The translations under genes were made by a program, and so were the position numbers. Under the pieces are notes generated by a model that worked only from the letters and a program-made list of their open reading frames with translations, searched no databases and was not told where the DNA came from. This document shows positions 18,183 to 28,197 of a stretch of DNA of 64,000 nt, piece after piece (the first letter of the stretch is position 1; each line of letters opens with the position of its first letter). Source of the stretch: Candidatus Latescibacterota bacterium (GTDB taxonomy: Bacteria > Latescibacterota > UBA2968 > UBA8231); the NCBI GenBank assembly GCA_965206595.1, contig OZ242214.1, positions 3,456,001 through 3,520,000 on the forward strand, written 5' to 3'.

Positions 18183-18992
18183 ATGATTACCAGTCTGACC
18201 CCATCGCAGATCGACGCATACGAAGAGGACGGGTATCTCCTGCTTCCCGGTTTCCTCGACGATGGGGAGCTCGAGCGCTGGCGCCGGGCCGTCGACGACG
18301 GCGTCGCCCGTCTCGTCGGCAACGCCGACCCGGAGATCAAGCTCTTCGACAACCAGAACCGCGACGACTACTACAGGGACGTCTTCGTCCAGTGCGTGAA
18401 CATGTGGAAGGGGAGCGGGCTGGTGCGCGAGCTCGTCCTCGACGAACGGCTGGGCAGGCTGGCGGCCGAGCTCGTCGGCGCCTCGGGGATGCGCCTGTAT
18501 CACGACCACGCGCTGATAAAGAAGCCGTGGGCCAACCCGACCAACTGGCACCTCGACAACCCGTCCGACCCCTACTTCTCGCACCAGTCGACGATGCTGT
18601 GGATCGCTCTCGACGATGCCACCCTGCAGAACGGCTGCCTCTACTTCCTCCCAGGCTCCCACAAGTCGAGCCGTTTCGAAAGGGTGCCGGCGCTGAACGA
18701 GACGCGGATCGACGCCCTCTTCGAGCACTACCCGCAATGGCGCGGGATCGAACCGGTCGCCGTCGAGGCCAGGGCCGGGGACGCCGTCTTCATCAGCGGC
18801 CTGATCGCCCACGCCGCGGGGCCCAACATGAGCCGCCGGCCGCGGCGGGCTTTCGCCATCCTCTTCATGCCGGAAGGGGCGGCCTTCAGCGGGCGGCAGA
18901 GCGCCCTTCCCGACGCGGTCTTCTCCCGCCTCGAGACCGGCGACGTCATCGCCGACGACGAGCACCTGCCGCTGCTCTGGTCCCGGAGCTGA
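18183..18992 (+). CDS. PhyH-family dioxygenase
   Basis: 'YHDHALIKKP', 'WHLDNP', 'NGCLYFLPGSH', 'AHAAGPN...RRAF'. Confidence 0.93.
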   Translation: MITSLTPSQIDAYEEDGYLLLPGFLDDGELERWRRAVDDGVARLVGNADPEIKLFDNQNRDDYYRDVFVQCVNMWKGSGLVRELVLDERLGRLAAELVGASGMRLYHDHALIKKPWANPTNWHLDNPSDPYFSHQSTMLWIALDDATLQNGCLYFLPGSHKSSRFERVPALNETRIDALFEHYPQWRGIEPVAVEARAGDAVFISGLIAHAAGPNMSRRPRRAFAILFMPEGAAFSGRQSALPDAVFSRLETGDVIADDEHLPLLWSRS

Positions 18993-18996
18993 AGCG

Positions 18997-19764
18997 ATGC
19001 GCAGGAACGAGGTTCTCGAGAAGCTGCGGGCGGACCGGCCGGTCCTGGGGGCCATGCTGGGGCTGGGATCTCCCAATGTCGCCGAATTGATGGCCATGGC
19101 CGGGTACGATTTCCTCATCATCGAGACCGAGCACAACGGCCTCGACAGCGCCCAGGTCGAGCACATGCTGATGGCCGTCGGCCAGGAGGCGGTCCCGATC
19201 GTGCGCGTCCCGAGCGCCGACCCGGTGTCCATTCAGCGGTCGCTCGACATCGGCGGTATGGGCATCCTCGTGCCGATGGTGCGCACCGCCCAGGAAGCCG
19301 CCGCCATCGTCGCCGCCACCCGCTACCCGCCGGAAGGCACGCGCGGGTTCGGACCCCTGCGCGCCTCGCGCTACACCTTCGACTACGACGACTACTACGC
19401 CAGCGCCAACGAAAACATCCTCGTCGCCCTGATCGTCGAAACCAGGGAGGCGCTGGAGAACCTCGACGAAATCGCGTCGGTCCCCGGGATCGACGCCCTC
19501 TTCTTCGGGCTCTTCGATCTCTGCCTGTCGCTGGGGCTCAACCCGATGCAGCAGCCGTTCCCCGAGCTCGAGGAGGCGATGGAAGCCGCGGCGGAGACCG
19601 GAAGAAAGCGGGGCGTTGCGATCGGCGTCGGCGTCCCCTCGTCCGAGGAGCTGCGGCGCCGCAACGACATGGGCTTCAGGTTTCACGTGTACGGCACCGA
19701 TTACATGCTGCTCGGGGCCGCGGCCAGGGCCGGGGTGGAAGCGTTCCGCAGCCTGGAGGAGTAA
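18997..19764 (+). CDS. HpcH/HpaI aldolase family (GarL/RhmA-like)
   Basis: 'GYDFLIIETEH', 'PIVRVP', 'LDIGGMGILVPMV', 'RYPPEGTRG', 'IVETREAL'. Confidence 0.92.
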   Translation: MRRNEVLEKLRADRPVLGAMLGLGSPNVAELMAMAGYDFLIIETEHNGLDSAQVEHMLMAVGQEAVPIVRVPSADPVSIQRSLDIGGMGILVPMVRTAQEAAAIVAATRYPPEGTRGFGPLRASRYTFDYDDYYASANENILVALIVETREALENLDEIASVPGIDALFFGLFDLCLSLGLNPMQQPFPELEEAMEAAAETGRKRGVAIGVGVPSSEELRRRNDMGFRFHVYGTDYMLLGAAARAGVEAFRSLEE

Positions 19765-19927
19765 GGGCTTTCAGCGGCGTCGAATCCGGGGTACGACTCT
19801 TCGTGGCGGCAAAACGTCTCGCCTCTGCTTCGAACCTGCCGAAGGGCAGTGCACGCAGGTGGGTCGGAGGACGATTGAGACTGGGGACACGTTGGCGACA
19901 CCGGTTCTCCGACGGATCCCCCCTCCG

Positions 19928-21559
19928 TTACCCCATATCCAGCTCCACCTTCTCGATGCTGATCCCCTCGCCACCTTCCTCGAGCCTCACCGTCAGCAGG
20001 TTCTCCCCGCTCGCCAGCACCACGCCGGCCACCGGGTAGACCAGCCAGCCCTCTTCGACCGCGGCCAGGCGCAGGCGGATGTTGTTGAAGCGGACCTCCA
20101 GGCGTTCGGCGGTCCCCCTCGCCATCGCAACGGTGTAGAGGCCGTCGCCCCAGACGTAGGGATTCCGCCGGATCAGCCCGCTGCCCACTCGCTCCTCCTC
20201 GGGGCCGTCCTCGGCTTCGTCCGATGCCAGCAGGCGCAGCCGCGCCTCGCAGCTCCCGAGACTGTCGGCGGATTCCCCGACGTACAGCCTGAAGTACGTC
20301 GCTCCTCTGCCATGCTGCCCCAGCCGCGCCGGCAGCGGAGCCAGGGCATTGGCATTCTGGAACGCGTGGGTGACCGTGATCCCGTCCTCAGGGTAGCCGA
20401 ACTCCCACGGAGCCCCGCCGGAACGCCGCTGCAGAGCGCAGGTCTTTTTCTTTCCGGACAGCTTCCCCGGATCATCCGCCTCCGACAGGAAGGTCCGGTT
20501 CGCGTCCCAGTCCTGCAGGTGGCAGGGGCTCACCGGTTTCGGCCGCAGTCCGGCCGCTTCCACGGCGCGCTCGTCCGAGCACCGGAAGTTGAAAACGGCG
20601 ATGCCGTCGGCCCCCTGGCGCCACCACTTCGCGGCCAGTCCGCGCAGGACGGGCAGCGGCGTGCACTTGTACCCGTCCGACGAATGGTGGTTGTCGTGGC
20701 ACGGGTAGACCTTCACCCGTTCCGAACCGGGGAGCCGCTTGAAAGCGGCGATGTCGACGTCGAACGAGCGCGCCCCCGCGATCAGCAGATCGACCAGCCC
20801 TTCCCGCACCCAGGTCTCGATGTCGATGCCGTCGAAGCGGCAGCCCTCGACGTTCTCGGCGACGCGCGCCGCCAGCAGCAACGGCCGCCCCCGTTCCCGC
20901 GCCCGCCGCTGCATCATCCCGCGCACTTCGCGCATGAACCGGGTGAGTTCGCCCCGCAGCTCCCACTGGTGACCGACCCGCAGGAAAGGGGCGCCCCGGG
21001 CGAAATCGAGCTGCAGCCCGTCGACGTCGTAGCGGGCCAGCTCGCCCAGCACCCCGAGCTGGAAGGCGCGCACCTCGGGATTGGCGTAGTCGAGCTTTTT
21101 CATGCTGACCTCGCCGTCCAGTCTCGGCAGCTCGAGCCGCGGCGGTTTCTCCTGGTCCTCCTCGAAATCGACGAGCCACTCCCTGCTGCCGCGCACCGGC
21201 GCCGTGTCGTAGTTGGGATCCTGGCCGGCGTTGACGCGGAACGACAGGAACACCTCCAGCCCGCGCTGACGCGACAGGGACACCACGTGCGGCAGGAAGT
21301 CGTTGCCGGCGTCGAGCCACTCCTTCAGGCCCGGGTAGTGGGGCAGGAATCTGCTCGGGTAGCAGGCCATGGCCCCGTCGACGTCCCACATCACCGAGTC
21401 GAAGCGGAACTCCTCCCACCGGGTGAAGTCGAGCACCACCTCGGCGTACTCCCGCGGCGGCAGCAGCGAGGGCCGGAAGTTGAAGAATCCCGGGTCGTTG
21501 TGGTTCAGCAGCCGGCGCGGGCGGGCAACGCAGTTCTCGTGCTTTTTTTCCAGGTTCAT
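19928..21559 (-). CDS. Glycoside-hydrolase-like TIM-barrel protein (GHL10/DUF187-like)
   Basis: 'LDYANPEVR', 'YDVDGLQLDFAR', 'GIDIETWVREGLVD', 'GADGIAVFNF'. Confidence 0.7.
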   Translation of the reverse strand: MNLEKKHENCVARPRRLLNHNDPGFFNFRPSLLPPREYAEVVLDFTRWEEFRFDSVMWDVDGAMACYPSRFLPHYPGLKEWLDAGNDFLPHVVSLSRQRGLEVFLSFRVNAGQDPNYDTAPVRGSREWLVDFEEDQEKPPRLELPRLDGEVSMKKLDYANPEVRAFQLGVLGELARYDVDGLQLDFARGAPFLRVGHQWELRGELTRFMREVRGMMQRRARERGRPLLLAARVAENVEGCRFDGIDIETWVREGLVDLLIAGARSFDVDIAAFKRLPGSERVKVYPCHDNHHSSDGYKCTPLPVLRGLAAKWWRQGADGIAVFNFRCSDERAVEAAGLRPKPVSPCHLQDWDANRTFLSEADDPGKLSGKKKTCALQRRSGGAPWEFGYPEDGITVTHAFQNANALAPLPARLGQHGRGATYFRLYVGESADSLGSCEARLRLLASDEAEDGPEEERVGSGLIRRNPYVWGDGLYTVAMARGTAERLEVRFNNIRLRLAAVEEGWLVYPVAGVVLASGENLLTVRLEEGGEGISIEKVELDMG

Positions 21560-21608
21560 CTTTTCTGTCAGTTCAGTTTTTCCAGGTTCATCTTTTCTGT
21601 CAGTTCAG
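21545..21608. repeat. Perfect 32-bp tandem duplication spanning the start codon of 19928-21559
   Basis: tttttccaggttcatcttttctgtcagttcag x2 (21545-21576, 21577-21608). Confidence 0.95.
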
Positions 21609-22080
21609 ATTGTTTTTTGGTATTCCGTCTACAGTCGAACCATTCGCCCGATCGCACAATCGGCTTTGCCTGTGGAGGACGGCGAGTGGAGCCGGGAAGA
21701 TATCGATGCCGATGGTACCGTACAGTGACGGTGCGCCCCCCCACGGGATTTGTACATTGTCCGCTTCTTTCGAATTCAGACGCAACCAGAGTCGAGCCGG
21801 ACACCGTGCCGCGATGGGGGAACTTGGGCGCTCGCCAAAATTTCTCTTGCCTTGCTTTTTTTTTTTGGCTTATCTCTCTGGAAGAAAGACAGAGAGTTGC
21901 GGGGGTCGAAGCAGTCCCCCCCGGGCTTCATGCACGAGCGGGATTGACAGCTCGTGCGCCATTAATGGAGGTCTTAGGCAGGAAAGGAGATGGAAACGGC
22001 AAGGCGCGCGTCGCTGCCCCGTGTGCAGCGAGAGTAGTTCCGACTCGTTAACCCAATCTCAACTGAAGAAAGCAGGAAAA

Positions 22081-22362
22081 ATGAAAGATCCCATCTTGCC
22101 GTTGCCGCAGCTCAAGATGGCGGCGTTCATCATCACCTTGGCGGTTTTGGGGGTGTTCTCCTTCACCTCGTTCACGGAGGCGGAGACTCCGGACATCGGG
22201 CCGTACGCGGCCCTCGACTCGTTGCTGGAGGCTCCTGAGGCAGCCGCTAACTGCCCTTTCGAGATTTGCACTTCAGGGTTGGATAACCCTGACTGGTGCC
22301 TTGAAAGGGCAGGGGCAGGGTTGTCCCTGCCCTTTCTGTATGCCAGGAGATGGGAATATTAA
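22081..22362 (+). CDS. Small putative secreted Cys-containing peptide (93 aa)
   Basis: AGGA RBS + ATG; hydrophobic signal 'MAAFIITLAVLGVFSFTSFTEA', acidic linker, 'AAANCPFEICTSGLDNPDWC'. Confidence 0.5.
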   Translation: MKDPILPLPQLKMAAFIITLAVLGVFSFTSFTEAETPDIGPYAALDSLLEAPEAAANCPFEICTSGLDNPDWCLERAGAGLSLPFLYARRWEY

Positions 22363-22404
22363 AGTAATGAAAACAATTGAGATTACATGGCTTCTAGTAC
22401 CAGC
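22273..22404 (+). repeat. Hairpin + RBS + start-region repeat, copy 1 (copy 2 at 26755-26902)
   Basis: tcagggttggata...ggtgccttgaaagRgcagggg...ccctgcYctttctgtatg.caggagatgggaata...atgaaa.caat.gaga.tacatggcttct.gtacc. Confidence 0.85.
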
Positions 22405-23332
22405 CTTGACTTTGTGCGAACCCTTGTCGGTGCACGGACATCAGGGGGACCGGGTCTATCCCATTCTCGAGATAACCGAGGAGTCCAGGATCGACCTCCA
22501 AGACGGGATAGTGGATGACTGGGGTGAGCTCCTCGGAGAGCCAACATTCACGGCCCTCGATTTCACAGCCTTCGAGTCGTTTCACCCTGAGGATGCTGCA
22601 TTAAATGCCTACGATCCCTCCAACCTTGATTTTCGGATCTGGCTGGGCTGGGGCCGCAACCCAGCGCGCCTGTATGTTGCCGGCATCTTCAGCGACGACG
22701 TTTTCGTAGGCCCTGACTCCGAGGACGGTAGCATGGCAATCGGTGGCCGTCAGGATCACATGTTCCTTCTGGTTGACGGAGACCATGATGGAGCCCCTTC
22801 CGTCGACCCTGATAGGCGCACTTGGGGTTTGGACGACGACTCGGGGATATATGATATGTATGCGCAATGGTACCACGCCTTCTCGATCCCACCTGACGGG
22901 AAGCATGTATCAATCCGGTGGTTTGAGATCGTTTGGGAAGATGACCCTCCGTGGTGGGGTTACCCTCCGTACGGGGACGGCGGCGGGTCGGTTTCGGGGG
23001 AGAATCCGGTGTTCTGGGTCGTTGAATTCTACGTCACTCCTTTTGATATGCTGATCCGCAAGGAGCCTGAAAACAGCGTGGTTTCGGACCTGTTTCCTGG
23101 CAAAATCATAGGGTTTCAATTGCAGGTTTGGGACTTTGATGATCCTGAGTCGCGCCGCTCGGATTATGGCGCGGCTGATTGGTACACCTTGGGAGATTAT
23201 TCGGGCCTGACTCTTAAAGACGCGGGCAGAGACGCGGATACATGGATGGATGGTATTCTGATCGGAGGCGACCCGGGCTCCGTCGTAATAACGGATTCCT
23301 GGGCCTTGATCAAGGCGTCATTGCTGGACTGA
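22367..23332 (+). CDS. Secreted DOMON/CBM9-like protein with C-terminal SWxxIKAS motif
   Basis: Signal peptide; 'DGIVDDW', 'LDFRIWLGW', 'DGDHDG', 'VEFYVTPFD', 'IIGFQLQVWDFD', ends 'DSWALIKASLLD'. Confidence 0.75.
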   Translation: MKTIEITWLLVPALTLCEPLSVHGHQGDRVYPILEITEESRIDLQDGIVDDWGELLGEPTFTALDFTAFESFHPEDAALNAYDPSNLDFRIWLGWGRNPARLYVAGIFSDDVFVGPDSEDGSMAIGGRQDHMFLLVDGDHDGAPSVDPDRRTWGLDDDSGIYDMYAQWYHAFSIPPDGKHVSIRWFEIVWEDDPPWWGYPPYGDGGGSVSGENPVFWVVEFYVTPFDMLIRKEPENSVVSDLFPGKIIGFQLQVWDFDDPESRRSDYGAADWYTLGDYSGLTLKDAGRDADTWMDGILIGGDPGSVVITDSWALIKASLLD

Positions 23333-23380
23333 CCCTCTCGGTTTTCTGAAATACCTTTATCCTTCAGGTGCAATGAGTAC

Positions 23381-23938
23381 GTGGCAGAAAAAAGCCAGTG
23401 GACCATAGGTCGTTTCAACCCCTTCGGGGCAGGGTCTGTACTTTCAATCCTCGTGTGCGCATCTTGTCAGGATTTTGGTGTTCCTGATGCCGAGCCACCC
23501 GCAGCCGCAATTAAAGCACCGGACTTTACCCTTGCCACCATCACCGGCGATTCCCTCATGCTTTCCGCACATGAGGGAAAGGTCTTGCTTCTCAATTTCT
23601 GGGGTACCTGGTGCGAACCCTGCCGGCATGAGCAGCCGATCCTCAACGATCTTTACGCTCGGTACCAGGGACGCGGTCTGGAGGTGTGGGGGATAGCCGT
23701 GTCGTCAACCCGTCTCTCGGTGGAGCTGTGGATCGAGAACCTCGGAGTTCCGTACCCGATCCTGATGCCCGCCATCGGCGACTCCACCCTTTTAGGTCGA
23801 TATGGGGTTGACAAGGGGATTCCTCTGTCGGTCCTCGTGGACGGGAACGGCGAAGTCCACTTGGAGCAACGCGGCGTGGTGACCGCGGCGGACAGCCTGT
23901 CCGCGGTGATCGAAACTCTTCTCGGACCTTCCCGGTAA
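23381..23938 (+). CDS. TlpA/ResA-like thioredoxin lipoprotein
   Basis: 'APDFTL', 'GKVLLLNFWGTWCEPC', 'GIPLSVLVD'; lipobox-like 'LVCASC'. Confidence 0.92.
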   Translation: MAEKSQWTIGRFNPFGAGSVLSILVCASCQDFGVPDAEPPAAAIKAPDFTLATITGDSLMLSAHEGKVLLLNFWGTWCEPCRHEQPILNDLYARYQGRGLEVWGIAVSSTRLSVELWIENLGVPYPILMPAIGDSTLLGRYGVDKGIPLSVLVDGNGEVHLEQRGVVTAADSLSAVIETLLGPSR

Positions 23939-23955
23939 GCAGGGAGAAAGCCGGC

Positions 23956-26713
23956 ATGGCACTGCATCTCCTTTTCCCGATGGCCGCCTTGCTTTTCTCC
24001 GCTTGCTCGGACCCGGGCCTGCGGCTCGCGTACGATGTCCGGGTAGAATCTGCTGATACGGAGTGGATAGCAGTCGGGTTGCGGATCGATGGAATCGATG
24101 CTGAATCCCTGTCCTTGCAGGCATTTGAGCCCGAGCAGTTCATCGGCGTTACCGGGCTGCAAATAAGCGATTCCAAAGGAAGCCCCGTTCCTCCTACCAA
24201 GGAGGTCCCGCGTCCTGGCCGTGCGAGTTATCGCGTACATGTAGCCGGCTCGAGCGAAATTCGCGTCGAGTACAAGGTGCGGCCGGGGCGGCCGGTCGGC
24301 GGCGGGCACGGCCGCCATCCCAAGATGGTCAGCGGGTACCTCGGAGAGGATTTTCACCTCGTATCCGGTCGCAACCTGTTCCTGGTGCCCCAGGGGTGGC
24401 TCGAACACGTGACCGTCTCGGTCCGGTCGCCGGAAGGTTGGGCGGTCGAAACTACCTGGAACGAGGTAGAAGGCGAAGCAGGCACGTACGAGCCGCGTCT
24501 GTACGGCACCGGCAGGGAGGACCTGGTCAACGGCGCGGTCGCAATGGGTGCCTTGACGGCGCGCGATTCGACGATCGGGGCGGCTCCCGTGCGGGTGGTG
24601 ATGTACGACCGGTGGTCGAGCGCGCGGCAGGAGGAGTTGGCCGGGAAGGTGTGGAGCCTTTACGAGTACATGACGAAGGCCATGCAGGCGCCGGTCCCGG
24701 AACCGTACACGGTCATACTGACGCCCAAGACCGCGGATGGCATGAACATCCACATGCCGGGCACGTCTCACGGACAGGCAATGGAAATGGAGCCGGCCAC
24801 AGCGGGGAGATGGCTCTCCGTGGCCACCCGGATCGCCTACCGGTGGCTGCGCTACGCCCCCCACCGCATGGAACTGGCGCAGGCATCCGATTTGTGGTTC
24901 GTGGAAGGGGCGAGCGCGTACCTGGGCCTTCAGGGCCTGCTCGAGAACGGGATCATTTCCGATCTGGAGCCGTACCTGTATGAAGCGTACAGGAATCACA
25001 ACCGGTTCCGGTTGTCCCACTTCAGCAAGGGCATTGTCCCGACGACCTACTATGCACAGGGCAAGGTCGATCAGGCTCTCGTCAGTTACAGCGGGTTTGC
25101 CCTCGCCCACTACCTCGACGCGCAGATCTCCAGGACCACGGATGGGGAACAGGATCTGCAGGACGTTCTGGAGCGCGCCTACCGGCAACGGAAGGCAGTC
25201 GATCTGGGGAGCGTGACAGAGACGGTCGCCGGCGCCGATCTCCTGTCCGCGCTGTACGAGCACACCAACCCCGACCCTGGGTCAGTTCCTCCCGAACCTC
25301 TCTGGCACTCGGACGGTCCTGCCCCCGGAGATCAACCGCCACAACTGCCATGGTCGCGGTCCGAGAAAACCGCGGTAGACACGATCACCCTGATCGTGAC
25401 CGGAAAGACGAGGAGCTTTCTCGAAGCCTGCGGCTGCAAGTCCGAGATGTCGGGCGGCATCACTCGCCGCGCCACCCTCATCGACCAGATCAGAAAGAGG
25501 CGCGGGAGCGTGGCCGTCATCGATGCCGGAAACGCCTTTCCCTACGAACAGGACGTGCCGGCAATGGATGACCTGACGGCAAGTGAACTAGCGACTTACC
25601 TAGAAGCGCTGAGGCGGATGGAGTACGGCTTCTCCGTCATCGCGCGAAACGAGACCTATTACGGCAGCGAGTTTCTTCGGACCCAGGCTCGGTATAGCCC
25701 GGTGCCGCTGATAAACGCCAATGTCCATCACGGGGATTCCCTCGTAGGGGCGCCGACGTACGCCATCGAGGCGGGGCCGTACACGATCGGTTTCATAGGG
25801 CTGCTGCAACCGACGGCGATCATCGAACCCACGCGTTATGAAGACAACACCCACGACCTCCATATCGCCGATCCAAAGCAGGCGGTGCGGACCTACCTGC
25901 CCGGGCTGAGAGAACAGGCGGACTTTGTCGGGGTCATCGGCGAGCTGAATACCGGCCTCGTCCATGACTTGGTGCAGGAGTTCCCGGCCCTGGACCTGAT
26001 AATCACTACGGGGCACTACGCTCCCGCCCTCGACATGGTAGGGGCCGACGGGCAAGTAGGTCCAAGGAAGCAGACTGAATCGATGTACGGGTTCCTCGAC
26101 GACGTGCTGGTCATCTACGCGAACGCCGACGTGTACGGCCTGCATACCGTCGACATCGGGATAGATGAGACCGGCCGCTTCACCTCCTTCGAGGGCAACT
26201 ACCTGCTGGCGTTGTACCAGATGCGCGAAGACCCGGACATGAAAGCCTACCTCGATTCCTACTACCGGTCCGTGGCCGAGCAGGAGGAGCTGCTGGAAGG
26301 AAACATCCCGCCGCTCTTCGAGTGGGACCCCGTTCACGACGACAGGAAGTACGTCGGGACGCAGGAATGCCGTACCTGCCACTCGGCGCAGTGGGAGCAG
26401 TGGCAGACGACCCGGCACGCCGGGGCCTATACGACCCTGCTTGACGCGCACCGCCACCAGTTTTCCAAGTGCGTGAAATGCCACGTGGCCGGGCTGAACC
26501 GCGACAGCGGGTTCTCGATTCTCGAACCGGACCGAAGCCTGGCCAACGTGCAGTGCGAGGTCTGCCACGGCCCTGGAAGCATCCACGTCGAGCGTCCTTC
26601 CAGCGAGACCGTCCGGCGCCTCCCGTCGGAAAAAAACCTGCCTGGAGTGTCACAACAGCGATCATGACGACGACTTCGTGTACGAGCGGGATTATCAGCT
26701 CGTGCAGCATTGA
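23956..26713 (+). CDS. Lipoprotein fusion: M61-like peptidase fold + UshA/5'-nucleotidase-like domain + cytochrome c554-like multiheme domain (frameshift in A7 at 26630-26636)
   Basis: Lipobox LFSAC; 'WFVEGASAY'; 'LEACGC...GGITRRAT', 'IDAGN'; CRTCH, CVKCH, CEVCH; removing one A gives ...EKTCLECHNSDHDDDFVYERDYQLVQH-stop at 26713. Confidence 0.8.
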
Positions 26714-26754
26714 TGTAGGTAGATTCCCGGACAGGGGAAAGGCGGCCAATATCG

Positions 26755-26902
26755 TCAGGGTTGGATAGCGATCCTTCGCTGGATCTCTTCTGACTGACTT
26801 GGTGCCTTGAAAGAGCAGGGGTATACTGCCCCTGCTCTTTCTGTATGGCAGGAGATGGGAATAAATGAAAGCAATGGAGAATACATGGCTTCTGGTACCG
26901 GC
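26755..26902 (+). repeat. Copy 2 of the 22273-22404 repeat, with a perfect 13-bp hairpin
   Basis: GAAAGAGCAGGGG (26809-26821)-tatactg-CCCCTGCTCTTTC (26829-26841). Confidence 0.85.
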
Positions 26903-27982
26903 ATGAAAATCACGAAGATCGAACGGATCGATATCGACATGCCCTACCAGGAGCAGATCGTCGAGCACCTGCGCAAAGGCTGGGGCCTCGGCAACCGGGC
27001 AACCGACGAGGAGTTCGCGGAGGAGCGGGAGCGCTTCGAACAGGAATTCCGCGAAAGCGTGCCCCCGCGGGTTCGAACCGCGCTTTACCTCGTCAACACC
27101 GACAACGGCCTGACCGGACTCGGGGAAGGGGCGGCCCTGGAGGCAGATCAGCTCGCCGGGTACGAGGGCCGTTCCCCCTTCGAGTACATCAACGACGATG
27201 GCCCCGGACCGCTGCAGATTGCCTTCTACGACCTCATGGGGCAGGCGGTCGGGCTTCCCCTGGCCCGTCTCCTCGGACCGGCGCGCGACACCGCCCCGCT
27301 GGCCTGGTGGTCTCACTGCTTCCCCCCCGACGTCCTGCAGGCGGAGGCTGTGCGCGCCCTGGCCTGCGGTTACCGCGTGCACAAGTTCAAGCGCCGCGCC
27401 CACACCGACGTCGTCGAGCAGGTCGCCGCCATCGCCGGGGTGGCGCCCGCCGACTACGAGATCACCGTCGACGCCAACCAGACCTTCGGCACCCTCGAGC
27501 GCGCCCTCGACATCGGGGGCCGGCTGCGGCGCTTTCCGCAGGTCCACTGCCTCGAGTCGCCGATCGACCAGGGAGATATCGACGGGTACCGCCGGCTCAA
27601 GGCGGAGTTAGGGTTCAAGCTCGCCCACCACATGGGCTCCCCCGAGGCGGTCGAGGCCCTGCACTCCGGGGCCTACGACTACTTCATCATCGGCGCCCGG
27701 GTGGCGGCGACGCAGCGCGACGCCCATATCTGCGAGGCCCGCGACAAGCCGTTCTGGATGCAGCTCGGAAACGACGGCACCGGCGTTTCGACGCTGTTCA
27801 TGCTGCACCTGGCCGCGGCGATTCCCAACGCCGTTCTCGGGCACGTGTCGATGCAGCACCTGCACGAGGCCTCCATCCTGAACGAAGAGATCGCCGTCAG
27901 GGACGGACAGGTGGCGATTCCCGCAACCCCGGGACTCGGCGCCACCCTCGACATGGAGGTCGTCGAGCGCTACCGGGTGTGA
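26903..27982 (+). CDS. Mandelate racemase/muconate lactonizing enzyme (enolase superfamily)
   Basis: 'MKITKIERI', 'TDNGLTGLGE', 'YDLMGQAVGLPLARLLG', 'HKFK', 'VDANQ', 'LESP', 'PGLG'. Confidence 0.9.
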   Translation: MKITKIERIDIDMPYQEQIVEHLRKGWGLGNRATDEEFAEERERFEQEFRESVPPRVRTALYLVNTDNGLTGLGEGAALEADQLAGYEGRSPFEYINDDGPGPLQIAFYDLMGQAVGLPLARLLGPARDTAPLAWWSHCFPPDVLQAEAVRALACGYRVHKFKRRAHTDVVEQVAAIAGVAPADYEITVDANQTFGTLERALDIGGRLRRFPQVHCLESPIDQGDIDGYRRLKAELGFKLAHHMGSPEAVEALHSGAYDYFIIGARVAATQRDAHICEARDKPFWMQLGNDGTGVSTLFMLHLAAAIPNAVLGHVSMQHLHEASILNEEIAVRDGQVAIPATPGLGATLDMEVVERYRV

Positions 27983-28197
27983 TCCACGGTGCGCTGGATC
28001 ATCGGGGGGCGCGGAGGCGGGCCCCGATGATCCGGTTGCGGAAAACCAGGTCGCCGGGGGGCGACTCCGGAAAAAAAACAGAGGCAACCAATCTTCGGCG
28101 CGGTGGCGCCGGCGGTCGGGTACGGGTGCCGGACCCGTCCCGCAAGGAGGAGGCCAAGGCCCGGGGATTGGGCATCATCGAGGAAGTTTCGCTGCGG

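Noticed and set aside
21545-21608. 32-bp repeat as a CRISPR array
   Set aside because: Only two abutting copies, no spacers and no cas genes.
22244-22330. Long hairpin as an integron attC site
   Set aside because: Begins near ...CTAAC but lacks a matching GTTRRRY end; the recombinase at 927 is Cre-like rather than IntI-like.
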